From NCBI GenBank assembly GCA_964392045.1, contig CAYMOR010000035.1:38201-70200 (forward strand): a stretch of DNA of 32,000 bases, written 5' to 3'. Of this stretch, positions 30,349 to 32,000 are shown in pieces. The position numbers were made by a program, and so were the translations under genes. The stretch comes from an uncultured Haliangium sp. (lineage in GTDB: Bacteria > Myxococcota_A > Polyangia > Haliangiales > Haliangiaceae). The notes under the pieces were generated by a model, which ran no database searches, was not told the origin of the DNA, and saw only the letters and a list, made by a program, of their open reading frames with translations. Every line of letters starts with the position of its first letter. Position 1 is the first letter of the stretch.

Positions 30349-31239
30349 CTACGACGGCGACGACTCAGACTTGCCGGGCGCTGCTGGCGACCCGGCCGCG
30401 GTCGGATGCTGGTCGTCATCGCCATCGCCCGCTGCCACGGCCGGCGCCGAGCGGCCCAGCTTCAGCCCCATCATCGCCAAGCAGCGGGCCACGTACAGCC
30501 CGTTCACGGCCGTGTACGCCCAGAAGTAGAGATCGAGGCGGCCAATGACGGCCAACAGCCAGATGTAGCTCGGATAGTGGACCACCGCCCGCGCGGCGTG
30601 CTCCAGGCCGGTCACGACCCACCCAGTGGCGCCGCTGCGGCGCTTGATCACGGCCGGCTGTCCGTCCTCGGTCGGCGGCGGCGCGCCGTACTCTGGCCGC
30701 CGCATAAACGACGTACACGCGATCCCAGAGGCCAAACACACCAGCCCGAGCACGCCGACGAGCAGATACAGCTCGGCGTCCTCTGGCCAGTCGGAAAATC
30801 GGTATAGATGGACGGTGACGCATCCGTAGACCAAGAACGCCTTGATCTCATCCATCAGGAAGTCGAGCTGATGGCCGAGCACCGAGGCTTGCCGGCGCAG
30901 GCGAGCCAGCTGACCGTCTGCGCAGTCGAGCACGAACGAGACCTCAAACACCACCACCGCCGCGAGCACCCACCCGTAGCGCGCGCCCGCGAGCAACATC
31001 GCGCCAGACAGCGCGCACACCGCGAGCGACAGGAACGTGAGCTGATTGGGGGTCACGCGGGTGTTGCGCAGCCCGTACACCAGCGCAGCGGCCAGCGGCC
31101 GGCACACCCACTCGGTCCAGCGGTTGATATCCCGCTTCTTCTTCGAAGCTCGATAAATCGCTGCGATCTCAGCCAGTGCCGACATGCCAACGCTCACCAT
31201 AACGCAGCTCGCCAAGCTCTGCACCTCCCCCGCCCCCAA
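30349..31239 (-). CDS. CDP-alcohol phosphatidyltransferase family membrane enzyme
   Basis: 296 aa. [29 protein letters not shown] matches the D-x2-DG-x2-AR-x8-G-x3-D-x3-D signature, and the protein has multiple TM helices. The start may be internal (M14 at 31200 or M19 at 31185), because 31239 leaves only 43 nt to the divergent gene. Confidence 0.85.
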   Translation of the reverse strand: MGAGEVQSLASCVMVSVGMSALAEIAAIYRASKKKRDINRWTEWVCRPLAAALVYGLRNTRVTPNQLTFLSLAVCALSGAMLLAGARYGWVLAAVVVFEVSFVLDCADGQLARLRRQASVLGHQLDFLMDEIKAFLVYGCVTVHLYRFSDWPEDAELYLLVGVLGLVCLASGIACTSFMRRPEYGAPPPTEDGQPAVIKRRSGATGWVVTGLEHAARAVVHYPSYIWLLAVIGRLDLYFWAYTAVNGLYVARCLAMMGLKLGRSAPAVAAGDGDDDQHPTAAGSPAAPGKSESSPS

Positions 31240-31282
31240 CCCGGCGCATCCGGCGCGGCGATTTTGCGCTAGGCTAGCCGAG

Positions 31283-32000
31283 ATGCTTCACCACTACGCC
31301 CCCAACCGTCACGCCGGGCCCTGCGGCACCGACGAGCGCGTGTTCGGCCACGCGCAGCCGGCCACCGGGGCCCCTCAGCGCGACCCTAGCGCGCGCCGCT
31401 GGGCGCCGCTGACCGCGACCGCGCTGGGGCTGGCGCTCGCGGCCACCCCCGCACTCAGCGCGCCCGCCGCCGACCCCGCGGCCAGCGCCGCGCGCGGCGA
31501 TGGCCGCCCGAGTGGCCAGCTCGCGACCGTCGCGCACGCTCCAACCGCGATGGTGGTGGTGCCCGCCGGCCCGTTCCTGATGGGCGCGAGCGAGGCCGAG
31601 CTGCGCAACCTCGGCGAGGCCTGCCGCCAGAGCTACGGCCCGCTCGCCGACTACTGCGACCAAGACCTCAACCAGAAGTCGCTGGTCCACCGGGTGTATC
31701 TAAGCGCATTCGCCATCGACCGCTACGAGGTCAACACCAGCGAATATCGCCAGTGCGTGGCCGCCGGCGGGTGCGAGGCGGCGGCGCTGGTCGCTGGCGA
31801 CGAGCGCTTCCTGCGCGACGACTGGCCGATGGTCAACGTCACCTGGCACGACGCCAACGCCTACTGCGCGTGGCGCGGCAAGCGCTTGCCAACCGAAGCC
31901 GAGTGGGAGAAGGCCGCGCGCGGCACCGACGCCCGGCGCTGGCCGTGGGGCGACCGCTATCGCTCCGACAGCGTCAACCACGGCCAGTGCGAATCCGAGG
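31283..32000 (+). CDS. Formylglycine-generating enzyme (FGE/SUMF1) family protein, 3'-truncated by the window end
   Basis: This open reading frame is not in the track because it runs off the window. The signal-like segment is [22 protein letters not shown]. It continues [14 protein letters not shown]...[29 protein letters not shown]...[34 protein letters not shown], the typical FGE-sulfatase domain. ATG 31283 was cross-checked against the antisense track ORF ending at 31274. Confidence 0.85.
   Translation, partial: MLHHYAPNRHAGPCGTDERVFGHAQPATGAPQRDPSARRWAPLTATALGLALAATPALSAPAADPAASAARGDGRPSGQLATVAHAPTAMVVVPAGPFLMGASEAELRNLGEACRQSYGPLADYCDQDLNQKSLVHRVYLSAFAIDRYEVNTSEYRQCVAAGGCEAAALVAGDERFLRDDWPMVNVTWHDANAYCAWRGKRLPTEAEWEKAARGTDARRWPWGDRYRSDSVNHGQCESE

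Noticed and set aside
31274-31981. Two minus-strand track ORFs (31274-31690 and 31700-31981)
   Set aside because: The plus strand here reads as a clean FGE/SUMF1 domain that is open to the window end. It is missing from the track only because it has no stop inside the window. The minus-strand ORFs are its shadows.

Overview
This is a high-G+C bacterial chromosomal window, roughly 70% G+C by eye. The one exception is an ~0.8 kb AT-rich gap at 15174-15960. Gene content points to Myxococcota, possibly a marine lineage given the many acidic proteins. The pointers are a Hanks-type Ser/Thr kinase, two DUF4388 proteins, an ECF sigma factor, many lipoproteins and several eukaryote-like genes. That taxonomic call is inference only.

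I support 24 protein-coding genes. I recognise no rRNA, tRNA, CRISPR array, transposase or integrase. Most long ORFs antisense to these genes are high-GC shadow frames.

The most interesting items are:
1. A full-architecture major vault protein (MVP) homologue at 17384-19411 (-).
2. A tightly overlapping module on the minus strand at 20916-26265. It runs small TM protein, then a 1357-aa protein (signal peptide, long periplasmic coiled coil, multi-TM region, cytoplasmic P-loop ATPase), then an MscS-family channel.
3. A BCP-type peroxiredoxin at 2092-2541 (+). Its peroxidatic Cys codon is replaced by an in-frame TGA, followed by a hairpin where a bacterial SECIS should sit. This makes it a candidate selenoprotein that ORF callers split.
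4. The AT-rich non-coding island itself, directly upstream of a lipoprotein built from four 57-aa, 8-Cys repeats.
5. Numerous in-frame tandem repeats (15, 24 and 45 bp units) inside coding regions.

All family assignments come from motif recognition by eye and memory. No search or computation was run. Coordinates I derived by counting, rather than taking from the ORF track, may be off by 1-2 nt.
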